This document shows, in pieces, positions 19,417 through 29,667 of a stretch of DNA of 64,000 nucleotides. Location of the stretch: assembly GCA_041234785.1 (NCBI GenBank), contig JBEROH010000025.1, positions 30,444-94,443 on the forward strand, given 5' to 3'. Origin of the DNA: Candidatus Actinomarina sp. GTDB lineage: Bacteria > Actinomycetota > Acidimicrobiia > Actinomarinales > Actinomarinaceae. A model generated the notes under the pieces. That model saw only the letters and a program-made list of their open reading frames with translations. It was not told the DNA's origin and searched no databases. The position numbers and the translations under genes are program-made. Numbering within the stretch: the first letter of the stretch is position 1; each line of letters starts with the position of its first letter.

Positions 19417-20237
19417 ATAGATACTTTAAATATTTAATCAAAGTTCCTTTTAAATTAATTTTAACATGGTCAATTGCGCCAGCGCTTTATGTATCATTAC
19501 TTCCACTTGCTTTTGCAAATCAGAGCGTTGAATCAGTATTAATAGATGCTCAAAGGGAAGCATTTTCTGGTTTAGCTGAAAATGAAGGATTAATGAATTT
19601 TATAGGCATATCTGACTGGAACAATGTATTTACTCTTGAAGGTATGGTGACAACTTACTTTATGAATTTATTCGTTCCTCTTTTAGTTTCAATCGCCACA
19701 ATAGTTTTACTAAACAAAATGACCGCTAAAGCAGAAGAAGATGGAACTTTTGAATTTATTGCTTCACTTCCTATGACAAGAAGTACAATTTACTTAGCGC
19801 ATTCCATAGTTGCAGTCTTATTTGGATTATTAATATCATTTTGCTGGTTTAGCGTAATGTATATACCTATGGCATTGATGAACTTAACTCAGACACTTGA
19901 TTATCTACCTTTGATTAAAGCTGGATTTCAATCTGCACTTGGAGGAGTATCATTTGGTGTGTTAGGCTTTTCTGCTTCAGCTTTTTCAGGTAAATCAACA
20001 AATGCTTGGACTTTTGGTATGGGGCTATTAGGAATTGAATGGCTTTCAAACATGCTGTCGTCAAATAATAATTTTTTTAATTGGATTAATGAAAATATTT
20101 CTTCTTTTGGAGCTTATGGAAATCCCTATCAAAATGGATTAGAGCTAGAAAGCATATTATTGGTTTTTGGAAAAATATTAGTATTTTTAGTAATTGGATA
20201 TATTGGATTTACTAAGAGATCTCTAAACTTAAAGTAA
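19413..20237 (+). CDS. ABC-2 family transporter permease
   Basis: 274 aa with about 6 TM segments, translationally coupled (ATGA) to the ATPase. Confidence 0.6.
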   Translation: MNRYFKYLIKVPFKLILTWSIAPALYVSLLPLAFANQSVESVLIDAQREAFSGLAENEGLMNFIGISDWNNVFTLEGMVTTYFMNLFVPLLVSIATIVLLNKMTAKAEEDGTFEFIASLPMTRSTIYLAHSIVAVLFGLLISFCWFSVMYIPMALMNLTQTLDYLPLIKAGFQSALGGVSFGVLGFSASAFSGKSTNAWTFGMGLLGIEWLSNMLSSNNNFFNWINENISSFGAYGNPYQNGLELESILLVFGKILVFLVIGYIGFTKRSLNLK

Positions 20238-20275
20238 TAACATTACATAATTTAAGAATCCCTTATCATTAAATT

Positions 20276-20704
20276 ATGCCAACTTATTCAAAAACAATTA
20301 CAGTAAAAAGTGATATAAAAAACACTTTTGATTTTATTGCAGATTTTAGAAACCTTGAAAAATGGAATCCGCATGATTCTGCAACATTGACCACTAAAGA
20401 ACCTTTAAGAGTTGGTTCAAATTTTGAAGTTAAAACTCAATTTAATAACAAAGATTTTGTTTTAAATTATAAAGTTATTGAATGGGGGTCTCCTCTTAGA
20501 GCTTCGCTGCAATCCAATTCATCCAATTTTGTAATTACAGACACAATATTTCTATCTGCTAACAACAAAGGTACAGAGGTAACTTATTCTGTAAATATAA
20601 AATTTAAGGGTATATTTATCTTAATTGGACCTTTCATGAAAAAACACTTTGAAAAGTTAATGGAGAATATATATGAACTTGAAAAAATTCTCGGTCCTGT
20701 ATAA
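20276..20704 (+). CDS. SRPBCC (START/polyketide-cyclase-like) family protein
   Basis: 142 aa, with the size and profile of the SRPBCC ligand-binding family. Confidence 0.45.
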   Translation: MPTYSKTITVKSDIKNTFDFIADFRNLEKWNPHDSATLTTKEPLRVGSNFEVKTQFNNKDFVLNYKVIEWGSPLRASLQSNSSNFVITDTIFLSANNKGTEVTYSVNIKFKGIFILIGPFMKKHFEKLMENIYELEKILGPV

Positions 20705-21212
20705 ATCTTTATTATGTTTTTTCCTGTTATTTTCCTGTAGTGGTGAAGCAGTGACTAGTACAAATTCAAATAACTTTCCAACCATTCAAGGTAAAAACTT
20801 AAACAAAGTCATTAAATCTGTTCCAGATGATTTTGTTGATAAGAATTTAATAGTGATTTTAGCATTCCAACAATGGCATCAATCTTTGGTGGATAAATCT
20901 ATTGAAACATTAGAAAACAGCAGTATAAAAAATGAATTAAATATTATTGAAGTTCCTACTTTGGGGCAGTTCACAAAAATTGGACAATTATATTTAGATG
21001 GCACAATGCGTGCGGCTATCAAAGATGATGCGATCAGAGATCGAACAATTACTGTTTATTTAGATAAGGAAAGCCTTAAGGAAACCTTGAATATTCCTAA
21101 TGAAGACACAATTTATTGGTATTTGATAAAACAAAATACAAGTGACATACTTCTAAGAGGTAATGGAATTTTATTAATTGAGGATATTGAAAAAATTAAA
21201 GATTTAAGTTGA
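20673..21212 (+). CDS. Lipoprotein of unknown function
   Basis: Signal peptide with lipobox LLFSC-S. No known domain recognised. Confidence 0.5.
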   Translation: MNLKKFSVLYKSLLCFFLLFSCSGEAVTSTNSNNFPTIQGKNLNKVIKSVPDDFVDKNLIVILAFQQWHQSLVDKSIETLENSSIKNELNIIEVPTLGQFTKIGQLYLDGTMRAAIKDDAIRDRTITVYLDKESLKETLNIPNEDTIYWYLIKQNTSDILLRGNGILLIEDIEKIKDLS

Positions 21213-21596
21213 AAATAAAATTGCAAAGTAAAATACACCTAAAGTAGTAATTAAAATCATCCCTTGGATCATTCCTTTAAATTTTGGTGCTAGGTTTGGT
21301 AATTTTGAATGTAGGTAAGTTAATAAGCCAGTTGAAGCAAATAAAATCATTTTATAATTGAAGTATTCATTCATGCTAGATGAACTCCAAGAAATAAAAT
21401 ACATACTCATTCCAGAGAACAAACCAAGAAAATAAGCCACCCATCCAATTTGACCGAACTTATTTGCTAGCGCTTTAAGAGTGACTCCACTTTCATCATG
21501 TTTACGGACAACTGGTACAAAAGTTCCCATTAGAATCATTCCACCAAGCCAAACAGAAGCTGAAATTAAATGAATTAGAAAAAGGAAACTATACAT
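21204..21596 (-). CDS. Small integral membrane protein (4 TM segments) of unknown function
   Basis: 130 aa hydrophobic ORF. Confidence 0.45.
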   Translation of the reverse strand: MYSFLFLIHLISASVWLGGMILMGTFVPVVRKHDESGVTLKALANKFGQIGWVAYFLGLFSGMSMYFISWSSSSMNEYFNYKMILFASTGLLTYLHSKLPNLAPKFKGMIQGMILITTLGVFYFAILFST

Positions 21597-21636
21597 AAAT
21601 AAATAATAGCATCTAGTTTCTTATTAAAATAAATTT

Positions 21637-22632
21637 ATGACAACATATTCTGCTTGGCTTCAAAATAAATCTGGTCCATTCTCACAGTTAGAATTTTCAG
21701 AGATTGAACTACCTGTTCCTCAAGATGGAGAAGTTTTAATAGAAACAAAAGCTTCAACTCTAAATTATGCAGACTTACTTTTATCAAGTGGAATGTATCA
21801 ATCTAAACCTGATTATCCCTTTGTCCCAGGTTTTGAAGTTGCTGGAATTGTTAAGTCGGTACCTAAAAGTAGTAAATTAAAAGAAGGAGACAGGGTTGTT
21901 GGGGCTACAACAGTTTTTAGAAATGGGCGATATGGAAGCTTCGGAGACTTTTGTATTTCTTCAGAAAATTTAACGTATCCACTTCCAACTAACATTAGCT
22001 ATGAAGCTGGTGCGGCAATATTAATGTCATATTTAACATCTGATTTTGCATTACATCGAAGAGCGCAATTAAAAAAAGGGGAGCTAGTTTTAGTCAATGC
22101 TGCTGCAGGTGGTGTGGGCATATCCGCTGTTCAGCTAGCAAAATTAGCTGGAGCAAGAGTAATTGCCGCAGTAGGTTCTAAAGACAAAATAAAAATTATA
22201 AAAAAATATAATCCAGATTTAGTTATAAATTATCAAACACAAAATTTGAAAGAGGAAATAGAAAAAAAATATGGTAAAAGTCCATTAAACATTTTTTATG
22301 ATCAAGTTGGAGGAAGGCATTACGAAGAAGGTATCAAACTTTTAAGTTCTGAAGGTAGAGCTTTAATTGTAGGTTTTGCAAGCGGTAATATCCCAACTCA
22401 AATTCTTAGCTATTTATTGGTTAAAAATATATCACTTATGGGAGTATTTATGATTAGTTTTGAAAATAATGATAAAGAATATTTACGAGAGAGGATGAAT
22501 TTAATTTTTGAATTATATTTATCAAATAAAATTGATCCAGTATATAAAACCATTGCTTTTCAAGACATATTGACATATTTAGATTTAATTGGTTCAAGAA
22601 AAACTGTTGGAAGAATAGTTGCAGTTCGTTAA
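21637..22632 (+). CDS. Zn-independent MDR-family NAD(P)H:quinone oxidoreductase (Qor-like)
   Basis: 331 aa. Rossmann motif [23 protein letters not shown] and a GroES-like N-domain. Confidence 0.75.
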   Translation: MTTYSAWLQNKSGPFSQLEFSEIELPVPQDGEVLIETKASTLNYADLLLSSGMYQSKPDYPFVPGFEVAGIVKSVPKSSKLKEGDRVVGATTVFRNGRYGSFGDFCISSENLTYPLPTNISYEAGAAILMSYLTSDFALHRRAQLKKGELVLVNAAAGGVGISAVQLAKLAGARVIAAVGSKDKIKIIKKYNPDLVINYQTQNLKEEIEKKYGKSPLNIFYDQVGGRHYEEGIKLLSSEGRALIVGFASGNIPTQILSYLLVKNISLMGVFMISFENNDKEYLRERMNLIFELYLSNKIDPVYKTIAFQDILTYLDLIGSRKTVGRIVAVR

Positions 22633-22664
22633 AAATATTAAATTTAATTACTAATATTAAAGAA

Positions 22665-23267
22665 ATGGCAAAATTATATTTTTATTATTCTGCAATGAAT
22701 GCAGGGAAGAGTACAACGTTACTTCAATCTGCTCATAATTATGAAGAAAGAAATATGAAAACTTTATTATTCACACCAAAATTAGATGATCGTTTTGGAG
22801 AGGGAAAAATTTCTTCAAGAATTGGTTTAGATAGAGAGTGTGAAATCTTTACTCAGGATGATGATTTGTATGTTTGGACAGCACATGAACATCAAAGAGA
22901 TAAAATTTCCTGTGTTCTGGTAGATGAAGCTCAATTTTTAAGTCCTAAGCAAGTATTGCAACTAACTTTAGTAGTAGATAAATTAAATATTCCTGTTCTA
23001 TGTTATGGGCTTAGATCTGATTTTAGAGGTGAGCCTTTTCCAGGAAGTGTATACCTACTTGCATGGGCTGATGAAATGTCTGAAATAAAAACTATTTGTA
23101 AATCTGGCAAAAAAGCAACTATGAATGCTCGTTTAGATGAGAACGGCAATCGAGTTACCGAAGGAGATCAAATATCGATTGGTTTAAATTATGAAGCTCA
23201 ATCAAGAGATATTTTTGAGCTAGATAAAGTTTCACCAATTGGGTATCAAATTCCTGAAGCAAACTAA
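22665..23267 (+). CDS. tdk: Thymidine kinase
   Basis: 200 aa. P-loop [19 protein letters not shown]-terminal Zn ribbon cysteines. Confidence 0.85.
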   Translation: MAKLYFYYSAMNAGKSTTLLQSAHNYEERNMKTLLFTPKLDDRFGEGKISSRIGLDRECEIFTQDDDLYVWTAHEHQRDKISCVLVDEAQFLSPKQVLQLTLVVDKLNIPVLCYGLRSDFRGEPFPGSVYLLAWADEMSEIKTICKSGKKATMNARLDENGNRVTEGDQISIGLNYEAQSRDIFELDKVSPIGYQIPEAN

Positions 23268-23271
23268 AAAT

Positions 23272-23754
23272 TTATTTATATAAATTTAATGGGGGCTCAG
23301 GACGGGTTGCTAGCCATCCGCATAACAAAAGACCAAAACTTCCAAATATAATATCTCCAACAATTGAAAACATAAAATATATTGTGAAAATAAATGTCGG
23401 AATTATTGTTAGTATTGCTAATTTTTTTGCTTTTCTAGACAACCCTTTATATGTTTTCCAATTTAATATAATTGGACCAAATAATTTATGGCTTTCAATC
23501 CAAAATGTAAATCTATCTGAACATTTTGAAAAAGCCCAAGCAGCGATAAGTATAAATACTGTTGTTGGTAAACCGGGAATTACAATGCCAATATAGCCAA
23601 GCGAAAGGGACAATATTCCAATTGTATAAAATAATGGTTTATGAACTTTTAAAAATAATTTAGGAAAAAATTTATATAAAATAATAAAAAATAATATTGA
23701 ACTCCCAATTGTAGTAAAAACATAACTTGGAATTGATGATAAGTATTCGGCCAT
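23272..23754 (-). CDS. DUF454/YbaN-family inner membrane protein
   Basis: 160 aa, 4 TM segments, architecture typical of YbaN. Confidence 0.5.
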   Translation of the reverse strand: MAEYLSSIPSYVFTTIGSSILFFIILYKFFPKLFLKVHKPLFYTIGILSLSLGYIGIVIPGLPTTVFILIAAWAFSKCSDRFTFWIESHKLFGPIILNWKTYKGLSRKAKKLAILTIIPTFIFTIYFMFSIVGDIIFGSFGLLLCGWLATRPEPPLNLYK

Positions 23755-23991
23755 AGAGTTATTATACTTTTTATAAATTTTTAGATATAATTCATAAACC
23801 TTTGAGCTTAAGATTAATTGAAATACAATGTATAATTATATTATTATGATGTGTCCCTATGCTTATCTTTTAGCTGGCTTTATGTGGTTTATAAAAAATG
23901 GTGGAAAATTTTTTACAAAATCATTATTTTTAAAAAAAGAAATTAAACCTGTAAGATAGTTGTAAATTTATATACCCTTTGTCATATTTTC

Positions 23992-25050
23992 ATGAATAAA
24001 CATAAGTATTTAAAATTATTGAATTTAAAAAATCTTTTCTTTTTAATTTTTATAGTTGTTTTTGTGGCCTGTAATGACGTAACTAATTTACAAAATTCAA
24101 GAGAAAGCAATCCTGATTTAGATAGCAATAGGTTAGTAATCTATAGTGGGAGATCAGAAAGTTTAGTTTCAAACCTTATTGATGAATTTGCTGAAGAATA
24201 CAACATAACAGTGGAAGTAAGATATGCGAGTAGTACTGAATTAGCAGGTGTTTTAGCGCTAGAAGGAAACAAAAGTCCTGCTGATTTGTTTTACTCTCAA
24301 GACCCAATTAGTTTAGGTTATGTTTCTAGTGAAAATTTATTTTTTAAATTACCCGACAATGTATTAAGTAAAGGGAACGTTCTAGGTAACGATGTTAATT
24401 CATATTGGGTTGGAATTTCTGGTAGAGTCAGATCTTTAGTAGTTGATACCAGTGTTGTTAATCCTGGTGATATTCCTAGTGATATATATGGATTAGCTAA
24501 TGAAAAGTTTAGAAATAAAATTGGTTTAGCTCCTACTAATTCATCTTTTATCGCAATGGTTGCTTGCATGATATACGAAGATGGTGAGTTAAAAGTATCA
24601 GATTGGCTAAATCAAATACATAATTTGAACTATTTAGAGTTTATCAATAATTCAACTCAAGTTTCAGCAGTTGATTTAGGTGAGTTAGATATAGGTTTAG
24701 TTAACCATTATTATACATTGCGATTGCTCGCAGAAAAAGGCATTAGTCCTGCACAAAATGTATATTTAGAAAATGGTTGTGGAGTTTTAGTTATGCCTTC
24801 AGGTATTGGTATTTTAGAGTCAAGTAAAAATAAAAAAGCTGCGTTACAATTTATAGAGTTTTTACAATCTAAAAGAGTTCAAGAATATATTACTAATACC
24901 GTCTTTGAATTTCCTCTAGTTGAAGGAGTAGTAACAAATATATTATTGCCTGATTTAAATAGTTTAAACTCACCTAAAAACTTAGATTGGTCAGAATTAT
25001 CACTATTACAAGATAAGGCAATAGAATTAATAATTAAAGCTGGCTTTTAA
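23992..25050 (+). CDS. ABC transporter periplasmic/lipoprotein substrate-binding protein (Fbp/Afu Fe(III)-type family; substrate uncertain)
   Basis: 352 aa with signal peptide and lipobox FVAC. Resembles solute-binding family 1. Followed by a two-domain permease and a TOBE-containing ATPase, as in FbpABC. Confidence 0.65.
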   Translation: MNKHKYLKLLNLKNLFFLIFIVVFVACNDVTNLQNSRESNPDLDSNRLVIYSGRSESLVSNLIDEFAEEYNITVEVRYASSTELAGVLALEGNKSPADLFYSQDPISLGYVSSENLFFKLPDNVLSKGNVLGNDVNSYWVGISGRVRSLVVDTSVVNPGDIPSDIYGLANEKFRNKIGLAPTNSSFIAMVACMIYEDGELKVSDWLNQIHNLNYLEFINNSTQVSAVDLGELDIGLVNHYYTLRLLAEKGISPAQNVYLENGCGVLVMPSGIGILESSKNKKAALQFIEFLQSKRVQEYITNTVFEFPLVEGVVTNILLPDLNSLNSPKNLDWSELSLLQDKAIELIIKAGF

Positions 25051-25110
25051 ATTTTAATTTAAGAATTAAAATTTTATTAATAACCAAAAATTACGGATAG
25101 TCTTATTAAT

Positions 25111-26664
25111 GTGAAAACTCCTAAGGTTCTTATTGTTTTTAATACATTTTTAATGGTTGGATTTTTACTTCCCCTCGTGTATCTTTTTTGGAGATTTTTT
25201 AGTTTTTCAGGCAACATACTTAGTCTCGTTGAAAATTGGGATGTACTTACACTTTTAATTAATACAATCTCTCTCTTTTTTACTGTTGTAATCTCTAGTG
25301 TTTTTTTAGGTATTTCAGTAGCTGTACTGATTTTTAGGTACAGAGTACCGTTTTCAAGGATAATTCTTACTATGCTCATTTTACCATTAGTTATTCCATC
25401 ATATATTGGAGCTTTAACGTACATTTCAATGTTTTCTCCCAAAGGTTTATATGTACAAATTTTTTCTTTTTTGGGAATTCAAGAAATTAATGGTATCGGA
25501 GGTTTTTTTGGTAGCTGGGTTGTTCTTACACTTTTTACCTTTCCTTATGTATTATTAATATTTGGAAATGGTCTCAGTAAACTTGATTCTTCCATTGAAG
25601 AAGCTGCAAGGTCTCTTGGGGTTTCAGGCTTAAGCTTATATTTTAAAATTGTTTTTCCAAGATTAAAGAAACAAATTATATATTCCGCACTACTGGTTGG
25701 GCTATATGTCATTTCAGATTTTGGTGCAGTATCATTAATGAGATTTAGAACTATAACAAAAGCGATTTATACATATTATGAATTCAACATAAACGGTGAT
25801 CCGGTAATATTTTATTCTGTTCTAATAATATTTCTTTCATTAATAATTAGTCTTGTTCAAAGAGGTTCTACGTTTTCAAGTTCTTCAAAAATTTCCGAAA
25901 ATTTTAGAACTCCAGTTAAAAAAGAAATGAATTATTTATTAAAATTTTTATCTATAATTTTTCTGGGGCTCTTGATTTTATTTAGTTTAATTCTCCCTGT
26001 CTCCGTATTAATTTATTGGATTACAAGGGGAATAAGTTTAGGAAATGGCTTGAGTTTAGTTTTTGATGGTGTGTTGGGATCTATAGCAATTTCTGGAATC
26101 ACATCTATGTTGGCAATTGTAATTTCTATTCCAATTGTTGTAATGCTTTATCAGTACAAAAATAATTTCAGTTACTTAATTGAAAGAATTCTTTTAACTA
26201 TGTATGGATTACCGCATATAGCAGTGGGGGTTTCAATTCTCTTTATTTCAATCAAAGTTTTCCCTTCCACCTATCAAAGCTTTCCAATTCTTGTACTTTC
26301 TTACTTAATTGTATTTTTACCACAAGTAATTGCCGGAGGACAGGGTTCAATTGAACAAGTAAAGGTTTCTTATATAGATGCAAGTATGGGATTAGGAAAA
26401 AGAAAAGTTGAAACTTTTTTTAAGGTTACATTACCAATAATTTATAAAGGTTTATTTGCAGGAGGTGCTTTAGTTTTCTTATCAACCATGAAAGAACTTC
26501 CTCAAACTTTATTACTAAGACCAACTGGGTTCAGTACTATGGCAGTTGATATCTGGTCATACGCTTCAGAAGGATTATTTACACAAGCTGCATTTTCCGC
26601 TTTTATTATGTTGGCAATAAGTGCTTTTCCTACTTATATATTAAGTACAAGGAATTTAACTTAA
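25111..26664 (+). CDS. ABC transporter permease, fused two-domain (FbpB/ThiP-like)
   Basis: 517 aa with about 12 TM segments and two EAA-type loops. GTG start. Confidence 0.75.
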   Translation: MKTPKVLIVFNTFLMVGFLLPLVYLFWRFFSFSGNILSLVENWDVLTLLINTISLFFTVVISSVFLGISVAVLIFRYRVPFSRIILTMLILPLVIPSYIGALTYISMFSPKGLYVQIFSFLGIQEINGIGGFFGSWVVLTLFTFPYVLLIFGNGLSKLDSSIEEAARSLGVSGLSLYFKIVFPRLKKQIIYSALLVGLYVISDFGAVSLMRFRTITKAIYTYYEFNINGDPVIFYSVLIIFLSLIISLVQRGSTFSSSSKISENFRTPVKKEMNYLLKFLSIIFLGLLILFSLILPVSVLIYWITRGISLGNGLSLVFDGVLGSIAISGITSMLAIVISIPIVVMLYQYKNNFSYLIERILLTMYGLPHIAVGVSILFISIKVFPSTYQSFPILVLSYLIVFLPQVIAGGQGSIEQVKVSYIDASMGLGKRKVETFFKVTLPIIYKGLFAGGALVFLSTMKELPQTLLLRPTGFSTMAVDIWSYASEGLFTQAAFSAFIMLAISAFPTYILSTRNLT

Positions 26665-26668
26665 ACTT

Positions 26669-27694
26669 ATGACTATAGAAAATCTACTTATAAGAGCACG
26701 ATCTATAACTAAAAATTATGGTAATGAAACAGTTTTAACTAATTTTAATTTAGACGTCTGGAAGGGTTCTTTAGTTGGAATATTGGGCTCATCTGGTTCT
26801 GGAAAAACTACTGTATTAAGGTTAATTGCAGGTTTTGAAAAACCAGATTCTGGGGTTATTGAAATTAGAGATAAAATAATTGTCAGTGATGAAGTTTGGA
26901 CTCCACCAGAAAGTAGAAATATTGGAATGGTTTTTCAAGATTATGCATTGTTCCCTCATTTATCTGTTGAAAAAAATGTAGCTTTTGGCCTTACTAAAGA
27001 TCAAATTAATAAAGGTAGATTATTAGAAGTAATTGATTTGTGTAATTTATCTACTTTTAAGAACAAATTTCCACAGGACTTATCTGGAGGTCAAAAACAA
27101 AGAGTATCTTTGGCTAGGGCTTTAGCTCCGAAACCTGACGTTTTGCTACTGGACGAACCATTTACTAGTTTAGATGCTTATATGGCAAGAGATCTGAGAG
27201 ATGAAGTTGTTAGCTTATTAAAATCTACAAACACTACAACAATACTAGTAACACACGATCAAGAAGAAGCCCTTTCAGTGTGTGATGTTGTGAGTGTATT
27301 GGAAAATGGAAAAGTTATACAAAGTGCAACACCTCAAGAAATTTACATAAATCCTGTTAATCAGTTTGTTGCAAAATCTGTTGGAGATCCAAATATATTA
27401 AAGGGATTTTCTGTAAATAATAAAGTCGAAACTTCTTTAGGCGTGTTTCCAACGGAATTTAATGGAGCACTGTATGTTTCAATAAGACCTGAGTGTATTT
27501 CTTTAACACAAGATGACGAAGGTAAGTATATTGTTAAAGAATGTATCTTTTACGGGCATGATCAAGTTGTGACGTTTAAAAATAATAAAGAAGAATATTT
27601 TCGCTCCAGGTCTTTGCCAGCAAACATCTTCAAACCAGGTGACAAAGTTTCAATTAAAATTTCTGAAATTTCTGTATTTCCTTCAAAGACTTGA
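26669..27694 (+). CDS. ABC transporter ATP-binding protein (FbpC-like, with C-terminal TOBE domain)
   Basis: Walker A GSSGSGKTT, signature LSGGQKQRVSLARAL, Walker B LLLDEPFTSLD. About 100 aa C-terminal extension. Confidence 0.85.
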   Translation: MTIENLLIRARSITKNYGNETVLTNFNLDVWKGSLVGILGSSGSGKTTVLRLIAGFEKPDSGVIEIRDKIIVSDEVWTPPESRNIGMVFQDYALFPHLSVEKNVAFGLTKDQINKGRLLEVIDLCNLSTFKNKFPQDLSGGQKQRVSLARALAPKPDVLLLDEPFTSLDAYMARDLRDEVVSLLKSTNTTTILVTHDQEEALSVCDVVSVLENGKVIQSATPQEIYINPVNQFVAKSVGDPNILKGFSVNNKVETSLGVFPTEFNGALYVSIRPECISLTQDDEGKYIVKECIFYGHDQVVTFKNNKEEYFRSRSLPANIFKPGDKVSIKISEISVFPSKT

Positions 27695-27877
27695 TTTTAT
27701 GTAAGCAACTCTTCCTGCAATTGATTGGAGTTCAATTTCTAGTTCTGAAAGTTTATTAGATGCTCTAGAGAAATCTTTTTCAGCGATATATTCTCTTGAA
27801 TTTGCAAGTGCTTTTATTTGAGTCTCTAAATCAAATATTAAAGATTCAATCTCTGAAAATAATAATGAGTGTTCCAT
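27683..27877 (-). CDS. Hypothetical small coiled-coil protein (64 aa)
   Basis: ORF only. It overlaps the ATPase 3' end by 12 nt on the opposite strand and may be spurious. Confidence 0.2.
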   Translation of the reverse strand: MEHSLLFSEIESLIFDLETQIKALANSREYIAEKDFSRASNKLSELEIELQSIAGRVAYIKSSL

Positions 27878-27910
27878 AAATTGATTCTAATTTAAAAGCT
27901 ATTAATATAT

Positions 27911-27934
27911 TTAGATATTTAGATATTTAGATTT
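27911..27934. repeat. Tandem 8-mer repeat (TTAGATAT)x3 just upstream of the heliorhodopsin start
   Basis: ttagatat ttagatat ttagattt at 27911-27934, 11 bp upstream of the ATG at 27946. Candidate promoter or operator element. Confidence 0.4.
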
Positions 27935-27945
27935 AAGGATAAGTA

Positions 27946-28749
27946 ATGGAAATTAAAATAAAAAAATTAAGAAAATTTAATATAATTATGGGTACAGTCC
28001 ACTTAATTCAAGGTGGAATTTTGTTTTGGCTTGGTACTATTGTGAATTCAGATTTCGTTGTACCAATAACATTAACCCAACTAGTTGGAGTAGGCTCTGT
28101 GAGCGACCCTTCAAGTTTTGCATTGGTTCCACAATTAGAAGTGTGGAGAGAGGTTAATAATTTTGGACCAGCCGTAGCAACTTTCTTGATAGCATCTGCT
28201 GTAGCACACTATTTAATTTCAGGCCCATTTTATGGAAAGTACAAAGAAGATTTATCCAAAGGAATTAATAAAGTACGTTGGATAGAGTACTCAATCAGCG
28301 CTTCTGTAATGATTGTTTTAATTGCACTTCTTGTTGGCATTTATGATATTTGGGCTTTGGCTGGAATTTTCTTTATGAATGCCGCAATGTGTTGGTTTGG
28401 TTGGATGATGGAAGTTCACAACCAATATACACAAAAGGTTGATTGGACAAGCTACATTATGGGCTGCATAGTTGGAGTTGCACCTTGGATTTTTATTTTT
28501 ATAAATTTAATTGGTGATGGAGTATCTACAGATACCAATCCCCAAGGTGTCCCACAATTTGTTGTTTGGATTTTTGTAAGTATCTTTCTATTTTTTAATA
28601 CCTTTTCAATCAACATGATTCTGCAATATAAGCAAATTGGTAAATGGAAAGACTACCTTTATGGTGAAAGAGCATATATTTGGTTAAGTTTATTGGCTAA
28701 GACTTGTCTAGCTTGGCAAGTTTTCTTTGGAACTTATCAACCAAATTAA
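27946..28749 (+). CDS. Heliorhodopsin (inverted-topology microbial rhodopsin)
   Basis: 267 aa, 7 TM segments. Strong resemblance to heliorhodopsin 48C12 throughout, e.g. RWIEYSISASVMIVLIA (counter-ion Glu region), WFGWMMEV, and YKQIGKWKDYLYGERAYIWLSLLAKTCLAWQVFFGT (Schiff-base Lys in SLLAK). Confidence 0.85.
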   Translation: MEIKIKKLRKFNIIMGTVHLIQGGILFWLGTIVNSDFVVPITLTQLVGVGSVSDPSSFALVPQLEVWREVNNFGPAVATFLIASAVAHYLISGPFYGKYKEDLSKGINKVRWIEYSISASVMIVLIALLVGIYDIWALAGIFFMNAAMCWFGWMMEVHNQYTQKVDWTSYIMGCIVGVAPWIFIFINLIGDGVSTDTNPQGVPQFVVWIFVSIFLFFNTFSINMILQYKQIGKWKDYLYGERAYIWLSLLAKTCLAWQVFFGTYQPN

Positions 28750-28820
28750 TTATCTTAATTTTTTACCAAAAAAAATTATAAGAATAAATATTAATAACAA
28801 ACCTATGTATGAAAGTGCCA

Positions 28821-29627
28821 TTAGTCTTTCTTACGAATTTTTTTAAATCCTATATAAATGATAAGCAACGGAACAATTATTATTGATACTGAAACAGAGA
28901 AACCAACAATTTCCTCAACCCAAGTTAGAGCTCTTTGAACATAATAATTCCAAGAAAATAATGATACACCAGCACCTTCTCTTATTTCCAATGTTAAGGA
29001 CGAATAGGAAGTAGTTCTTTCATAATATTCTTTTTGGTTTTGAAGAATCTCAATTTCTTGATTTATGTATCTTAATTGAGATTGAACTTGAAGTTTATCT
29101 TCTGTTGTAGTTGCTTCTTCTCTAATTGCTTCTAAAGCTAGCTTTTCTTCATTTAAAGATTTTATTCTAGAGTCTATATCAAGCACATAAACTGTAACAT
29201 CGTTGGCATTCAAGTTGATATTTGTAAATTTAGATAATTTTTCAATTTCAACTAAAAAGGTATCAAAATCTTCTGATGGAATATTACTAGTAAGACTGTA
29301 GCTTTTTAACCCTTGGTAATTAGTTGATAAATATGTATTGGATATGTTTCCCTCATATTTCTTAACTATTTCTTTAACTTGAGTAACAGTTTTGTCAAAA
29401 TCTGAAGAGCTAACATCAGTACTTGCATACGCAGTTTTAATTACATAGTCACCTGATGAGTAAGAACCTTCGACTTGATTCGATGCACGATCAGCTATCC
29501 CTTGAGTTACCGGATAAGCACTTTCTTCAATGTAATCTTTTGAAGTAAATGAATCTTCGGAATTTTCAGAAAAAGAAGTACAGCTAATAAATAGTATAAA
29601 TAAAAAGAGTAAAAATTTTTTTTTCAT
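28821..29627 (-). CDS. Lipoprotein with coiled-coil region and C-terminal TM anchor (DUF4349-like)
   Basis: Lipobox LFISC-T, central coiled-coil, C-terminal hydrophobic helix followed by KKIRKKD. Confidence 0.45.
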   Translation of the reverse strand: MKKKFLLFLFILFISCTSFSENSEDSFTSKDYIEESAYPVTQGIADRASNQVEGSYSSGDYVIKTAYASTDVSSSDFDKTVTQVKEIVKKYEGNISNTYLSTNYQGLKSYSLTSNIPSEDFDTFLVEIEKLSKFTNINLNANDVTVYVLDIDSRIKSLNEEKLALEAIREEATTTEDKLQVQSQLRYINQEIEILQNQKEYYERTTSYSSLTLEIREGAGVSLFSWNYYVQRALTWVEEIVGFSVSVSIIIVPLLIIYIGFKKIRKKD

Positions 29628-29667
29628 AATGTAAGTATATATATAAAAGTTTTAAATTTATTACTAT

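Noticed and set aside
23781-23788. TTAGATAT motif upstream of the ABC importer matching the repeat unit upstream of heliorhodopsin
   Set aside because: A single 8-mer occurrence is expected by chance several times in AT-rich 64 kb. Only the triple tandem copy at 27911-27934 is retained as notable.
23755-23991. Possible riboswitch (e.g. TPP) or Fur/IdeR box in the 237-bp region upstream of the ABC substrate-binding protein
   Set aside because: No CTGAGA or TPP-core motifs, no iron-box-like palindrome. The region looks like ordinary AT-rich divergent promoter DNA.
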